The notes: a model not told the origin generated them from the letters alone. A DNA stretch of 64,000 bases from Candidatus Latescibacterota bacterium (GCA_965217865.1 CBDCJO010000002.1:4736001-4800000); one strand, 5' to 3'; positions 27,916-38,216 are shown, counted from the stretch's first letter. Numbers and translations: made by a program.

Positions 27916-28731
27916 TTGATCACCGGACACTCCATGGATCATGCCGCCCATATCACTTGGGACATCAACCCGGAGGTTTTCAGCTGGGGGGTCATTTCGG
28001 TTCGCTGGTACGGCCTGTTCTTTGCGTTGAGCTTTTTCCTCGGGTTCCACATCGTCCAGTGGATCTTTCGAAAAGAAGGCAAACCCGAGCAAGGTTTGGA
28101 GCGTCTTTTAATTTATGCCATGACAGGGACGATCGTTGGGGCACGTTTCGGTCATTGCATTTTCTATGAACCTGCCTATTATCTGGCCAATCCGATTGAA
28201 ATCATTAAGTTCTGGCACGGGGGATTGGCCAGCCACGGCGGTGCTATCGGCATGGTCCTATCGGTTTATCTATACACACGTACCCAACCCGACCAAACCT
28301 TCCTGTGGTTGATGGACCGAATAGCCATTCCGGCCGCACTCGGAGGGGCCTTTATTCGCCTAGGAAATCTATTTAATTCCGAGATCATCGGGACGCCTTC
28401 CGAGGTGCCCTGGGCGTTCGTCTTCGCCCGAATCGATCCAGTTGCAAGGCATCCCGCCCAGTTGTATGAATCGATTGCCTACGGAATCATCTTCCTGTTT
28501 ATCCTTTCCATCTATCGGACGCGGCGAGACTTTACGCCTGGCGGTCTGATCCTGGGTCTGTATTTTGTGAGTGTGTTTGGATCGCGATTCTTAATTGAAT
28601 TCGTGAAAGAGCGTCAGGCCGCTTTTGGACACGAAATGTCACTCAGTATGGGGCAGTGGCTCAGCCTGCCGATAATTTTCGTCGGCGTCTTGCTTCTGTG
28701 GCGAACGCGTGCGAAACAGCAAACCCCCTGA
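27916..28731 (+). CDS. lgt: Prolipoprotein diacylglyceryl transferase
   Basis: RWYG, GARFGH, GGLASHGG, IRLGNLFNSE, HPAQLYE and RFLIEF. Confidence 0.95.
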   Translation: MITGHSMDHAAHITWDINPEVFSWGVISVRWYGLFFALSFFLGFHIVQWIFRKEGKPEQGLERLLIYAMTGTIVGARFGHCIFYEPAYYLANPIEIIKFWHGGLASHGGAIGMVLSVYLYTRTQPDQTFLWLMDRIAIPAALGGAFIRLGNLFNSEIIGTPSEVPWAFVFARIDPVARHPAQLYESIAYGIIFLFILSIYRTRRDFTPGGLILGLYFVSVFGSRFLIEFVKERQAAFGHEMSLSMGQWLSLPIIFVGVLLLWRTRAKQQTP

Positions 28732-28820
28732 GATGTTCACAAGACGATTTGGACGGACCAATCCGATTGGTTATTCACCGCCTTAGATTTCGGGGTGAGT
28801 AACATAATGTTGATCTGAAA

Positions 28821-28856
28821 TATCAAGGCCCGGATCTTTCGATCCGGGCCTTGATA
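28821..28856. repeat. Perfect 16-bp-stem inverted repeat
   Basis: TATCAAGGCCCGGATC-TTTC-GATCCGGGCCTTGATA. Confidence 0.8.
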
Positions 28857-28986
28857 GCTTACGCCAGAAACACATTATTTTGGAGGTGTATCAGAGAAGC
28901 CTCTTGTGGGTATCGGCGACCTGTGTGCGCACATCTCCATCGATTTGAGAGACGAGTGTGGAAAAGGCGGGTAGATCGATGCCAAG

Positions 28987-29415
28987 GTGCCCCAGCGGGC
29001 CGGCGGGGCATTTCAGATCGGGGCAAAGAATACGGCTAACGATCGGTTGTCGGTGTCGATCAGGGATATGCGTGCGAGCGGAAGTTTCGTGAATACGGCT
29101 TCGTTATCCCTCGCAACGATTTCCAGTGCACAGAGCGCGATCACAAGCATAGATAATGCCATCTCGAAGGTTGCCCAGCAGCGGGGGGATCTTGGGGCTT
29201 CTCAGAACAGGATGCAGTTCAGCCTTCGAAATACGAATAACGCACTGGAGAACAACCAGGCCTCCGAGTCATCGATTCGGGATGCGGATTTCCCGGAAGA
29301 GATCTCAAAGTTCACCGGGGCACAGATCCGAACGCAGGCGAGCGTCGCCCTGTTGAGTCAGGCCAATATACTTCCCCAGAGCGCGCTGACCATCCTCGGT
29401 GGGGCCGCGAGGTAA
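28987..29415 (+). pseudogene. fliC: Flagellin C-terminal remnant (no N-terminal D0/D1 domain)
   Basis: FQIGA, QSAITSIDNAI..V..QRGDLGASQNR, SESSIRDAD and QANILPQSALTIL. No upstream RINTN/RLSSG; upstream frame is closed by TAG. Confidence 0.85.
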
Positions 29416-29538
29416 GTCGTCGTTCAGGTTTGGCGATCAGGAAAAGGGAGGTTCGTAGACAGGTAGACGATCTAAGGACTGATCACCATCCATATTTTTC
29501 CTCAAAGGCAGCCTGACGGCATCCCTGCCTTTGAACCC

Positions 29539-29569
29539 GTCGCCCGGCCGGAATTTCCGGCCGGGCGAC
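29539..29569. repeat. Perfect 15-bp inverted repeat, preceded by a second hairpin at 29502-29533
   Basis: GTCGCCCGGCCGGAA-T-TTCCGGCCGGGCGAC; also TCAAAGGCAG...CTGCCTTTGA. Confidence 0.75.
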
Positions 29570-29706
29570 ATTGTTTATGACCCTACAGCTTTCCCCTTGA
29601 TTTCAGGGGGATGTGGCCGTAAATTCCAGTTCAATAGCCCCTTGCAGGCATCTAATCCTCGAGAAAGATCCCCACCGGTCCTTTCAAAAATCCAAGGATC
29701 CTATCC

Positions 29707-30537
29707 ATGGCTCAAGCCCCGGTGCTCCAGGCTGAATCCCTGGTCTGTGGTTATGACAATCTCCCCGTTTTGAAAGGCATTTGCCTAAAGCTCAGCCCGG
29801 GTGATTTTGTGGGAGCCATTGGACCCAACGGATGTGGAAAAAGCACCTTGATTCGGGCCTTGAGCGGGGTACTTCCAGCCCAGTCGGGGCAGGTCACTCT
29901 GGGTGAAAGGCCGGTTTCTCAGATGTCGAGAAGAGAGATCGCGAGGCAGATTGCTGTCATCCCGCAGGACACGACCACCACGTTTTCCTTCTCCGTGTTG
30001 GAGATGGTCCTGATGGGAAGAACGCCGCATATCGGGAGGTTTAAGGCGGCCGGGCCAAGGGATCTTAAGGTGTCTCTATGGGCCATGGACAGGACCCATT
30101 CCCTCCATCTCCAGGATCGGCCCATCACCGCCCTTTCGGGCGGAGAACGCCAGCGGGTGTTCGTGGCGAGGGCATTGGCCCAAGAGCCGAAAATTCTCCT
30201 GCTGGATGAACCGACGACTCATCTGGACCTTAACCACGAGGTGGAGATCCTTGACCTCTTGAATGAATTGAACAGGGAATACAAGATGACGCTTTTTTGT
30301 GCTTCACACGACCTGAACATCACCGCGGAGTACTGCTCTCAACTCTTGCTTATGCAGGAGGGCAGGGTTGTAGCGGCAGGGAGTCCGGATGAGATTATCA
30401 CACCTGGGAATATCAGTAATGTCTACGGTGTTGAGGTGATCGTCGAGGGGAGTCCCGCAACAGGTTCCCCCCAGGTGACGGTTGTGCCGCGGAAGGATGC
30501 GAGGAATGGAATTCGTAAGGCGTCAGATGGGGTTTAG
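29707..30537 (+). CDS. Cobalamin/Fe-siderophore ABC ATPase (BtuD/FepC-like)
   Basis: GPNGCGKST, LSGGERQR, LLLDEPT and SHDLN. Confidence 0.92.
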   Translation: MAQAPVLQAESLVCGYDNLPVLKGICLKLSPGDFVGAIGPNGCGKSTLIRALSGVLPAQSGQVTLGERPVSQMSRREIARQIAVIPQDTTTTFSFSVLEMVLMGRTPHIGRFKAAGPRDLKVSLWAMDRTHSLHLQDRPITALSGGERQRVFVARALAQEPKILLLDEPTTHLDLNHEVEILDLLNELNREYKMTLFCASHDLNITAEYCSQLLLMQEGRVVAAGSPDEIITPGNISNVYGVEVIVEGSPATGSPQVTVVPRKDARNGIRKASDGV

Positions 30538-31450
30538 AAAGATTATCGGAATCGTGCTGTTGGTCCCGGTATGCACCTCTTCAGCATGGCCTGGTCCGAA
30601 CGACTTCCCGGTTACGATTAAGGACGCCCTCGGTTTTGTTGTCATCCTGAGCCGTCCACCCCAACGGATCGTATCAATGGCTCCATCCATCACGGAAATC
30701 CTGTTCGCGGTAGGAGCGGGGGACGAGGTGGTCGGAGTTACAGAATATTGCGACTACCCCAACGATGCGCAGTCGAGGACGAAGGTGGGAGGATTTGCAA
30801 ATCCCAGCCTTGAGAAGATAGTTTCCTTGAAATCGTCCCTGGTCCTGGCGGCTCGGCACAATCCGATGACTGTGATCGATGGCCTCAGACAGCTCCAGGT
30901 GCCGGTGTTTGCCCTGAATCCGTCCAGCCTGGATGAGGTTTTGGACGCCATCGGGATCGTGGGAAGGCTGACAGGTCATACACTTGAGTCCGACAGCCTG
31001 ATCTCGGATCTGGGGGGGAGGGTCCGAAAGATCGAGGCCGTTGTGCGCGATCGATCGGAGAAGCCCCGGGTGCTATGGGGAAAAATAGATGCCCCGACTT
31101 ATACTGCCGGACCGGGGAGTTTCATCGGAAACTTGATCGATATCGCCGGAGGTGATAATGTGGCCTCAGACGCGGGAGTCGCCTGGCCTCTATTCGGCCT
31201 TGAGGCCATTGTGGCAAAAAACCCGGATGTGATCATCACATCAACCGGAAGCCCTGAAAAAATCCCAGAAATCATCCAGAAGATGAGTGAAACCGAAGGT
31301 TGGAGAGAAGTGACGGCCATAAAACGGAAGGCGGTCATTTTCGTCGATCTCAATCTGATCGGGAGGCCCGGTCCACGCATCGTCGATGGGCTTGAGGCCA
31401 TTGCCCGGGCGATTCATCCCGAGCTCTTCTCGGATCGGGACGGGAATTAA
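30527..31450 (+). CDS. Cobalamin-binding periplasmic protein (BtuF-like)
   Basis: PQRIVSMAPSITEILFA, VGVTEYCDYP, NPDVII and RPGPR; signal peptide from ATG 30527. Confidence 0.9.
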   Translation: MGFRKIIGIVLLVPVCTSSAWPGPNDFPVTIKDALGFVVILSRPPQRIVSMAPSITEILFAVGAGDEVVGVTEYCDYPNDAQSRTKVGGFANPSLEKIVSLKSSLVLAARHNPMTVIDGLRQLQVPVFALNPSSLDEVLDAIGIVGRLTGHTLESDSLISDLGGRVRKIEAVVRDRSEKPRVLWGKIDAPTYTAGPGSFIGNLIDIAGGDNVASDAGVAWPLFGLEAIVAKNPDVIITSTGSPEKIPEIIQKMSETEGWREVTAIKRKAVIFVDLNLIGRPGPRIVDGLEAIARAIHPELFSDRDGN

Positions 31451-31546
31451 TCGTACCGAAATGTCAAAAAGATTGAGACTCCGACTTCGTTTCTAAACAT
31501 GATTTTTCGATCGAATCGAGAGTTCTCCTTTCGCCAATTAATAGTC

Positions 31547-32587
31547 ATGAAGTCTTTGATCCAGAAACCATTTGCATTTTACCCCCTCCTGACTGCCCTC
31601 CTTTTGGTTTCATTCGTGGTTTCAATCACCATCGGGGTGGCCTCCATTCCGGTCGCAGATGTCTTCCGGTCCGCTTTGATCGGGCTGCCTTGGGTGGGTC
31701 CAAGAATGGGGGAGGTGGACAGTACCTTTTTAACGATTGTTCGAGATATTCGATTGCCGAGGGCCATCCTGGGCCTTCTTGTCGGAGCCGCGCTGGCCTC
31801 TTCAGGAGCGGTTATGCAGGGGTTCTTTCGGAATCCGATGGCGGATCCATTCATCGTCGGAATTTCATCCGGAGCCGCCCTGGGCGCGACAGTAGCCTTT
31901 GTTCTGAAACTGGATGTTTATTTCGCAGGATTGGGTGCCGTACCGATTGCGGCCTTTGTCGGGGCCGTGGGATCCATTTTTCTCGTTTATGGATTATCCA
32001 TAAGGGGTGGACAGGTACCGGTCGGCGTATTGCTGCTGACCGGTGTGGCCGTCAGCGCCCTGACAACGGCGATCGTGTCTTTGATGATGATGATGGGTGA
32101 TGAAAATCCGAGGACGATCATGTTCTGGCTTATGGGGAGTCTATCCTCTCGGGCCTGGATTCACGTATGGATGATGATCCCCTATTTTGTCGTGGGGATG
32201 GTCATTTCCCTATTCTTCGCACGAGATTTAAACATTCTTCTTCTGGGCGAGGAGTCGGCGCGGCATCTGGGTGTCGAGGTGGAAAGGGTCAAGCGGGTGC
32301 TTTTGATCTCGGCTGCGCTTCTGGCCTCTTCGTCCGTGGCTGCCGGCGGCATTATCGGGTTTGTCGGTCTTATCGTTCCACACGTCACCCGGATCATCGT
32401 CGGGCCGGATCATCGTCGGCTGATCGCGGCGTCGGCTCTGTCGGGGGGGGCGTTAGTGCTCCTTGCGGACACGGTTGCCAGGATTGTGGCAGCCCCTGGA
32501 GAAGTACCGATCGGGATCATCACCGCCCTTATCGGATGCCCTTTCTTCCTGTTTCTGCTTGCCAGAAGGAAAGAGACGGGATGGTAG
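31547..32587 (+). CDS. FecCD/BtuC-family ABC permease
   Basis: IRLPR, QGFFRNPMADP, GIIGFVGLIVPH and PIGIITALIG. ORF track starts at 31499. Confidence 0.92.
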   Translation: MKSLIQKPFAFYPLLTALLLVSFVVSITIGVASIPVADVFRSALIGLPWVGPRMGEVDSTFLTIVRDIRLPRAILGLLVGAALASSGAVMQGFFRNPMADPFIVGISSGAALGATVAFVLKLDVYFAGLGAVPIAAFVGAVGSIFLVYGLSIRGGQVPVGVLLLTGVAVSALTTAIVSLMMMMGDENPRTIMFWLMGSLSSRAWIHVWMMIPYFVVGMVISLFFARDLNILLLGEESARHLGVEVERVKRVLLISAALLASSSVAAGGIIGFVGLIVPHVTRIIVGPDHRRLIAASALSGGALVLLADTVARIVAAPGEVPIGIITALIGCPFFLFLLARRKETGW

Positions 32588-32603
32588 GGGGGGAGGAAAT
32601 TTC

Positions 32604-32680
32604 AAAGTGAAAAATGGAAAATGGAAAATGCAAAAAGTCAAGGGGTCGGAGGTCCGGAAATATTGAAGATTGAAGATTGA
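32604..32680. repeat. Intergenic heptamer-periodic repeats
   Basis: AAAGTGAAAAATGGAAAATGGAAAATGCAA (29/30 match to 55019-55048) and ATTGAAG repeats. Confidence 0.7.
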
Positions 32681-32753
32681 AAGGCCATCAAACGTGAGAC
32701 GTGAAACGGGAATTAGCCGGTGGCAGCGACAAGAAAGGGAAGGCAGGGAAGGT

Positions 32754-33110
32754 CTATTCGGAGGCGGCGGGGGCGAGGGAAGCTTGCGGTTTTGAGGAAT
32801 GACCGCCGATCGCTTTTCTAATCTGACGGATGCCTCTTTTGAGATGAGTGCGGACTGTGTTCTCGGAAATATTGAGAATCGAGGCAATTTCCGGCACAGT
32901 CCTTCCCCGAAGGGTGAGGCTGATGACCTCGTAATTTTTCCCGAGGGCCATCGTTTCTATGACATCCCGGACCTGTGCGATGTGGATTCTCTTAGAGTCT
33001 GCGTCCCCAACGTCCGGGTCAGAAATTCCAATCCCCGCCCTTTCTTCCGTGAGGATGCGGACTTTTCGTCGTTGTTTTCGGGTTATTGTTTTGAATAGCA
33101 GGATTTCCAT
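32754..33110 (-). CDS. Small sigma-70 region 4 / LuxR-type HTH protein
   Basis: GRTVPEIASILNISENTVRTHLKRG; AGGAG RBS upstream. Confidence 0.75.
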   Translation of the reverse strand: MEILLFKTITRKQRRKVRILTEERAGIGISDPDVGDADSKRIHIAQVRDVIETMALGKNYEVISLTLRGRTVPEIASILNISENTVRTHLKRGIRQIRKAIGGHSSKPQASLAPAASE

Positions 33111-33141
33111 GACTGCTCCTGTTTAGTGTATCGGAACTTAG

Positions 33142-34667
33142 CAGCCTGTTGAAAAAGTGCGTTTATGCCAAGATGACTATTGTCTTTCCTTGTGGTTTGG
33201 TCCTATGATATATCAGGTTCAAACTGAGAAGGGAGGACGAGCAAATGGCAATGGGAAAACGAGGCCGACAGAGACAGGAAAACCTGTTCATCGCATCGAA
33301 CACTTTGGTGAAATCTCCGGGTCATCCGTTCTACGAGAAGCTGAATCAGGTATTGGGGGCGAACGGCTTCGACGAGTTCGTCGAGGGGCTTTGCCAGCGG
33401 TATTACGCTCCTCATATGGGTCGCAAGGGCATTCCGCCCGGGGTTTATTTTCGGATGCTTTTGATTGGGTATTTCGAGGGACTTGATTCGGAACGTGGGA
33501 TCGAATGGCGTGTATCTGACTCGCTGACGTTGCGCCGGTTTTTGGGGTATGCCCTTGACGAACAGACCCCGGATCATTCCAGCCTGTCTCGCATCCGGCA
33601 TCGGCTTCCCTTGGAAGTTCACGAAGCGGTTTTCAAGTGGATCCTGAGGGTCTTGTGCAAAGCGGGTCTGGTGAAGGGGAAGACGTTGGGCGTGGATGCT
33701 ACGACACTGGAGGCCAACGCCGCGATGCGCAGCATTGTACGCCGTGACACGGGTGAAGGCTACCAGGCATTCCTTGAGAATCTGGCCAAGGCCTCGGGCA
33801 TTGAAACGCCTACCCGCGAGGACTTGTCCAAGATCGATAAGAAGCGACCGAAGAAGGGATCGAACCAGGACTGGGAGCACCCGCACGACCCGGATGCCAA
33901 GATCGCTAAGATGAAGGACGGTCGCACGCACATGGCGCACAAGGTGGAGCACGCGGTGGATCTGGACACCAATGCCATTGTGGCAGTGGCGTTGTCGGGA
34001 GCAGATGAAGGAGATACCGGGTCGTTGCCCTGGACGCTGCTCGAGGCGCAGCTCAATCTCAAGCAGGTCGCGAAGGACGAAAAAGCTGCCAAACGTTTGC
34101 ACAGACAGCGTATACGGGAGGTGGTTGCGGACAAAGGATATCATAGCAACGATGTATTGACCAGTCTGAAGCAAGGCGGCATCCGGAGTTACATTTCAGA
34201 ACCGGATCGGGGACGCCGCAAGTGGAACGGCCGACGAGATGAGCAGGCCGCGGTATATGCGAATCGACGCCGGATCAAGGGAGATCGCGGCAAGGCCTTG
34301 CGCCGAAGTCGTGCAGAACGGGTGGAAAGAACCATCGCTCACACATATGATACCGGTGGCATGCGCAGGTTGCACTTGAGAGACCGCGGCAATATCCTCA
34401 AGCGTTTGCTGATCCACATCGGGGGCTGCAACCTGGCTCTGCTCATGCGCAAAGTGATGGGCGTAGGTACTCCGAAGGCCCTCCAGGACCTGGCCAAGGC
34501 CTTGCAGCGTCTACTGCTCGTCCTACAATCACGTTTGCTGCCCTCGGTCACCTTTTTAACCTCTTATCAGCGTCTCCTGCTCAATCTCCTTACCTTGATT
34601 TATCTGACCCGCACTCCAGGCGTCTTTTCCGTTTATGTGCGTTGAAAGGTAGTTCTTCAACGGGCTG
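33142..34667 (+). mobile_element. IS1182/IS5-type insertion sequence, copy 1 (1526 bp)
   Basis: TIRs CAGCCTGTTGAA / TTCAACGGGCTG; TTAG target duplication at 33138-33141 and 34668-34671; near-identical to 59580-61106. Confidence 0.95.
33245..34645 (+). CDS. DDE transposase (DUF772 + DDE_Tnp_1); 3' frameshift relative to copy 2
   Basis: PDHSSLSRIR, GVDAT, VADKGY and RVER. A 1-bp deletion near 34534 changes the C-terminus. Confidence 0.93.
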   Translation: MAMGKRGRQRQENLFIASNTLVKSPGHPFYEKLNQVLGANGFDEFVEGLCQRYYAPHMGRKGIPPGVYFRMLLIGYFEGLDSERGIEWRVSDSLTLRRFLGYALDEQTPDHSSLSRIRHRLPLEVHEAVFKWILRVLCKAGLVKGKTLGVDATTLEANAAMRSIVRRDTGEGYQAFLENLAKASGIETPTREDLSKIDKKRPKKGSNQDWEHPHDPDAKIAKMKDGRTHMAHKVEHAVDLDTNAIVAVALSGADEGDTGSLPWTLLEAQLNLKQVAKDEKAAKRLHRQRIREVVADKGYHSNDVLTSLKQGGIRSYISEPDRGRRKWNGRRDEQAAVYANRRRIKGDRGKALRRSRAERVERTIAHTYDTGGMRRLHLRDRGNILKRLLIHIGGCNLALLMRKVMGVGTPKALQDLAKALQRLLLVLQSRLLPSVTFLTSYQRLLLNLLTLIYLTRTPGVFSVYVR

Positions 34668-34676
34668 TTAGCGCCA

Positions 34677-34705
34677 AATGTAGCACTTTCGGCCAGTTTT
34701 GGCAA
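34677..34705 (-). promoter_or_regulatory. Sigma70-type promoter separated from the HTH gene by IS copy 1
   Basis: Minus strand reads TTGCCA, 17 bp, TACATT, ending 5 bp before the TTAG target site. Confidence 0.55.
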
Positions 34706-35014
34706 GTGAAAACTGGCATATCGGAGATGTCCGGGACCGTCTTAAGGGCTTTTAAGACGTCTTGGAAACCAGCTTATAATTACCGGGAATTCGATTAGGG
34801 ACCTTATGGGAAAACGAGACTTCGTCGGCGTGATGTTTGAATGTTGTAATATCTACTCCCGGGTCTACATCGATAAGGATCGAAAGGCTTATACGGCAAG
34901 GTGTCCACGCTGCGGGCGTCCCATCCACATCAAGATCTCTCCCGACGGGTCCGATAGCCGATTCTTCGCGGTTCGATAGGACGAGCAGTTTTATAGCTGG
35001 AAGGAATCGAAATT

Positions 35015-36298
35015 GTGAGATCGTGGGCCCTGATTTTCGTAGTGTGCACCGTCGCCATGCTGTCGAGTCGGGGTCTGGTTTATCCCGTGAACTCAAGGGT
35101 CGCGGGGGAGAGCCACACGCCCAAACCTGAGAGTTTTTTTTCTCCGGAACAGATCCATCGGGGGAAGACCTACCGGAATGAAAATAGAATTGCCTTTATT
35201 TTCGGAGTTTTGATCCGGTTGTCAGCCATGGCGATCCTGCTGGCCACGAGGTTGGGTGTATTGCTTCGGGACCGGTTGTCGCAGATTTGTGGACATCGCC
35301 CGGTGGTTACCGCGTCGCTCCTGCTACCCTTCATCCTGATCCTTAACTCGGCGATCTCTTTTCCGGTTTCTTTATACAGCGGGTATTTCCACGAACACAC
35401 TTACGGCATGTCGACCCAGGGGCTTGCAGGTTGGTTCCTGGATTACGGGAAATCTTTCCTCGTCCATCTTGTCGTTATTGTCCCGATTGGACTGGGTCTC
35501 CGGGTACTGATCCAGCGATTTCCTCGAACATGGTGGCTTTCTGCCTGGTTGGGGTTCGGGGTTGCCTTAATCCTGCTGGTTCACCTGGCTCCGCTTGTGA
35601 TCGACCCGCTCTTCCACTCGTTTAAACCGCTTCAGGATCAGACCCTGAATCAGCGTGCATTGGAACTGGCAAAACGGGCGAACCTGGAAGTTGAAGCGAT
35701 TCTTGAAATGGATGCCAGTCGCCGGACGCGACACCGAAATGCATATTTTACGGGTCTGGGCAACTCCAAACGGATCGTCCTCTACGATACGCTCCTACAG
35801 GAATCGACGGTGGAAGAGGCCGAGCTTATTCTTGCCCACGAGATCGGTCACTGGAAGCATCGCCATATCTGGAAAGGGATTGGTTTAGGCTTCGCGGGGA
35901 GCCTGATCCTCCTTTTCATCGCACATCGCACCCTCGAATGGGCAATCATCGGAGGTCGATTCGGTATTTCCAAAAAGGAAGATCCACTGGCCCTGGTGCT
36001 GATCCTCCTCCTGGTGACGGGCCTCAACTTCTTAAGCATGCCGATACAAAACGCTATCTCTCGTTCTTTCGAGCGAGAGGCTGACGAAGCCTCACTTGTA
36101 TTGACTCGTCAACCCGACGTTTTTATTAAGGCGGAAAAAAACCTGGCAATTTCGAATCTTACATACGTAAATCCTTGGTGGGGAAACTACATGATGTTCT
36201 ACTCCCACCCCACTACGATGGAGCGGATCGAGATGGCATTAAACTTCAAGAAAGAGGAACCAGGTGCTGATGGCGAGCGATTGGATGTTAAGGAGTGA
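35015..36298 (+). CDS. Ste24-like M48 metalloprotease
   Basis: NAYFTGLG, RIVLYDTLL, AHEIGH, SRSFEREAD and YSHP..ERI; N-terminal TM helices. Confidence 0.93.
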   Translation: MRSWALIFVVCTVAMLSSRGLVYPVNSRVAGESHTPKPESFFSPEQIHRGKTYRNENRIAFIFGVLIRLSAMAILLATRLGVLLRDRLSQICGHRPVVTASLLLPFILILNSAISFPVSLYSGYFHEHTYGMSTQGLAGWFLDYGKSFLVHLVVIVPIGLGLRVLIQRFPRTWWLSAWLGFGVALILLVHLAPLVIDPLFHSFKPLQDQTLNQRALELAKRANLEVEAILEMDASRRTRHRNAYFTGLGNSKRIVLYDTLLQESTVEEAELILAHEIGHWKHRHIWKGIGLGFAGSLILLFIAHRTLEWAIIGGRFGISKKEDPLALVLILLLVTGLNFLSMPIQNAISRSFEREADEASLVLTRQPDVFIKAEKNLAISNLTYVNPWWGNYMMFYSHPTTMERIEMALNFKKEEPGADGERLDVKE

Positions 36299-37251
36299 AT
36301 TCCATGAAAGTTCTACTCTGTCCTGGGATAAGAGAGGACCTGTTCGAGCAGGTGAAGGCTGTTTCCCCGACCTTGGATGTGGTCATGAGGAAAGAGGAGA
36401 ATGCGGTGAGGGAAGCGAAGGATGCCGAGATTCTATTCGGATCCTACAACGATGAGATTTTGGATGCAGCGGAGCAGCTGAAGTGGATCCAGTCCAGCTC
36501 TGCCGGAATGGATGGAAGGATATCTCAGGAACTGATGGAAAATGATATTATCCTATGCAACGCCAGTGGGCTGCACGCGCCTCAGGTGGCTGAGCATGCG
36601 TGGGCGCTTACCCTTGGACTATGCCGGGGAATTCCGAAATATCTCCGAAACCAAGCAGATCGGGTCTGGAAAGGCGAGGATCTCACGGATCTTCTCGGCT
36701 CTGTGGCCGGGATCATCGGGTTTGGGGGGATCGGGAGGGAGTATGCAAAACGTGCGCATGCATTCGACATGAGGATCCTTGCGATAGACGCGCATGTAAA
36801 GGAAAAGCCTGATTATGTTGAAAGCCTCTGGGGGTTGGAGATGATCGATCAGTTGGTCGGGATGTCCGATGTTTTGTTCATTGCAGTGCCGTATACTAAG
36901 GAGACCGAAAAGCTGATCGGTTCTGCGCGTCTGTCGATGATGAAGCGAACCGCTTTCCTGGTCAACACGGCGCGCGGGCCCATCGTGGACCAAAAGGCTC
37001 TTGTTGAAGCGTTGAAGGCCAACCGAATCGCGGGAGCCGGACTCGACGTATTCCAAGAAGAACCTCTTCCTGAAGACAATGATTTATGGGCCTTGGAAAA
37101 TGTGATTGTCACTCCGCATGTCGCTGGGAGTTCTGCCCTTCGGCCCAAACGCGTGATCGACTTTTTTTGTGAAAATCTGAGACGCTACTTGGCGGGCATG
37201 CCGTTTAAGAATGTGGTGGACAAGAAGTTGGGCTATCCGTTGGGCAATTGA
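36295..37251 (+). CDS. D-2-hydroxyacid dehydrogenase
   Basis: GIIGFGGIG, VNTARG, GAGLDVF.EEP and TPHVAG. Confidence 0.92.
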   Translation: MNSMKVLLCPGIREDLFEQVKAVSPTLDVVMRKEENAVREAKDAEILFGSYNDEILDAAEQLKWIQSSSAGMDGRISQELMENDIILCNASGLHAPQVAEHAWALTLGLCRGIPKYLRNQADRVWKGEDLTDLLGSVAGIIGFGGIGREYAKRAHAFDMRILAIDAHVKEKPDYVESLWGLEMIDQLVGMSDVLFIAVPYTKETEKLIGSARLSMMKRTAFLVNTARGPIVDQKALVEALKANRIAGAGLDVFQEEPLPEDNDLWALENVIVTPHVAGSSALRPKRVIDFFCENLRRYLAGMPFKNVVDKKLGYPLGN

Positions 37252-37373
37252 AAGCGAAAGCATCATCGAAAAAACCAGGAATTTTGGGCGACTTCCAAGA
37301 ACCAGATATCAAATTGAATCAACGACAGAGTTGAAAGAATCCATGTCCCCTTTCTTTTTCCAGGAGATGTCGA

Positions 37374-38117
37374 ATGAAACATATCGCGGGTCTTCTGATG
37401 ATCGGATTGATCTTTACCACTTCGGGAATCGCTGTCTCTGAAGAGACCAAGGTATCCGCGGAAGCAGGCTTGGATGCGTATTCGCAATACGTTTGGAGAG
37501 GTCAAAACCTTGCGGACAAGTTTTCGCTTCAGCCGAGTGTGACATTCGGGTTTGGAGAGACGGGGGTATCATTCAACGTGTGGGGGTCCCTTGCGGTTCA
37601 GGACCGCGGCACGCCAAACAATCTGGACAAGGCGGACGAGCTCGATTTTACGGTTGGTTTCGATCGGACCCTGAATGACGAGAGCGGGGTTGGGATCTCT
37701 TTGGGGTTCATTCAATACACGTTTCCTAATGCGGTTTCTGGCTCCCAGCATTCGGAGGAGTTCTATGGTGGCATCAGTGTTGGCAACCTGGCTGCACCGA
37801 GTCTCACGGTTTATCACGACTTCGGGCTTATCGATGCAACATATCTCTCCCTGGGCATCTCGCCAGAAATTCCGCTGGATCAGGAAGGCCTTGCCAGCTT
37901 AAGCATCGGGATAAACCTTGCGTTCAGTAACTATAGTGGGACAGGGAATAAAGAATTTGGGTTTAACGACTTCACCATCTCTTCGGCGGTAAGCTTCGGT
38001 GCAGGGACTTTCTCCATCAGTCCGGTTTTTGGTTACAGTTATGGCGATGATCGAATTATCACGAAAGCGGACAACGGTGAAGTCTGGGGAGGAATCAATA
38101 TCGGCATCAGCAACTGA
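37374..38117 (+). CDS. Outer-membrane beta-barrel, TorF/Gcw_chp-like putative porin
   Basis: Signal peptide; motifs SQYVWRG, LQPS, ELDF and YTFP; amphipathic strands. Confidence 0.75.
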   Translation: MKHIAGLLMIGLIFTTSGIAVSEETKVSAEAGLDAYSQYVWRGQNLADKFSLQPSVTFGFGETGVSFNVWGSLAVQDRGTPNNLDKADELDFTVGFDRTLNDESGVGISLGFIQYTFPNAVSGSQHSEEFYGGISVGNLAAPSLTVYHDFGLIDATYLSLGISPEIPLDQEGLASLSIGINLAFSNYSGTGNKEFGFNDFTISSAVSFGAGTFSISPVFGYSYGDDRIITKADNGEVWGGINIGISN

Positions 38118-38216
38118 GATCCTGATATTCCTGGATCTCATCCCGCTCGAGATGGGGGGATTGGCCAATGTTTAAATGAAGGATTGTTTTCGGGATCATC
38201 GGGGGGGTCTCAATTG

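Noticed and set aside
29420-29700. Second cobalamin riboswitch before btuDFC
   Set aside because: Hairpins are present, but the conserved GGGAA, GCCACTG and B12-box elements are not seen on either strand.
33203-34174. 323-aa antisense ORF in both IS copies
   Set aside because: It is a shadow of the transposase, conserved only because the copies are near-identical; no recognisable motif.
34752-35000. ORFs 34752..35096 (-) and 34837..35130 (+)
   Set aside because: No RBS or motif, and they overlap the M48 gene start; a gene cannot be supported.
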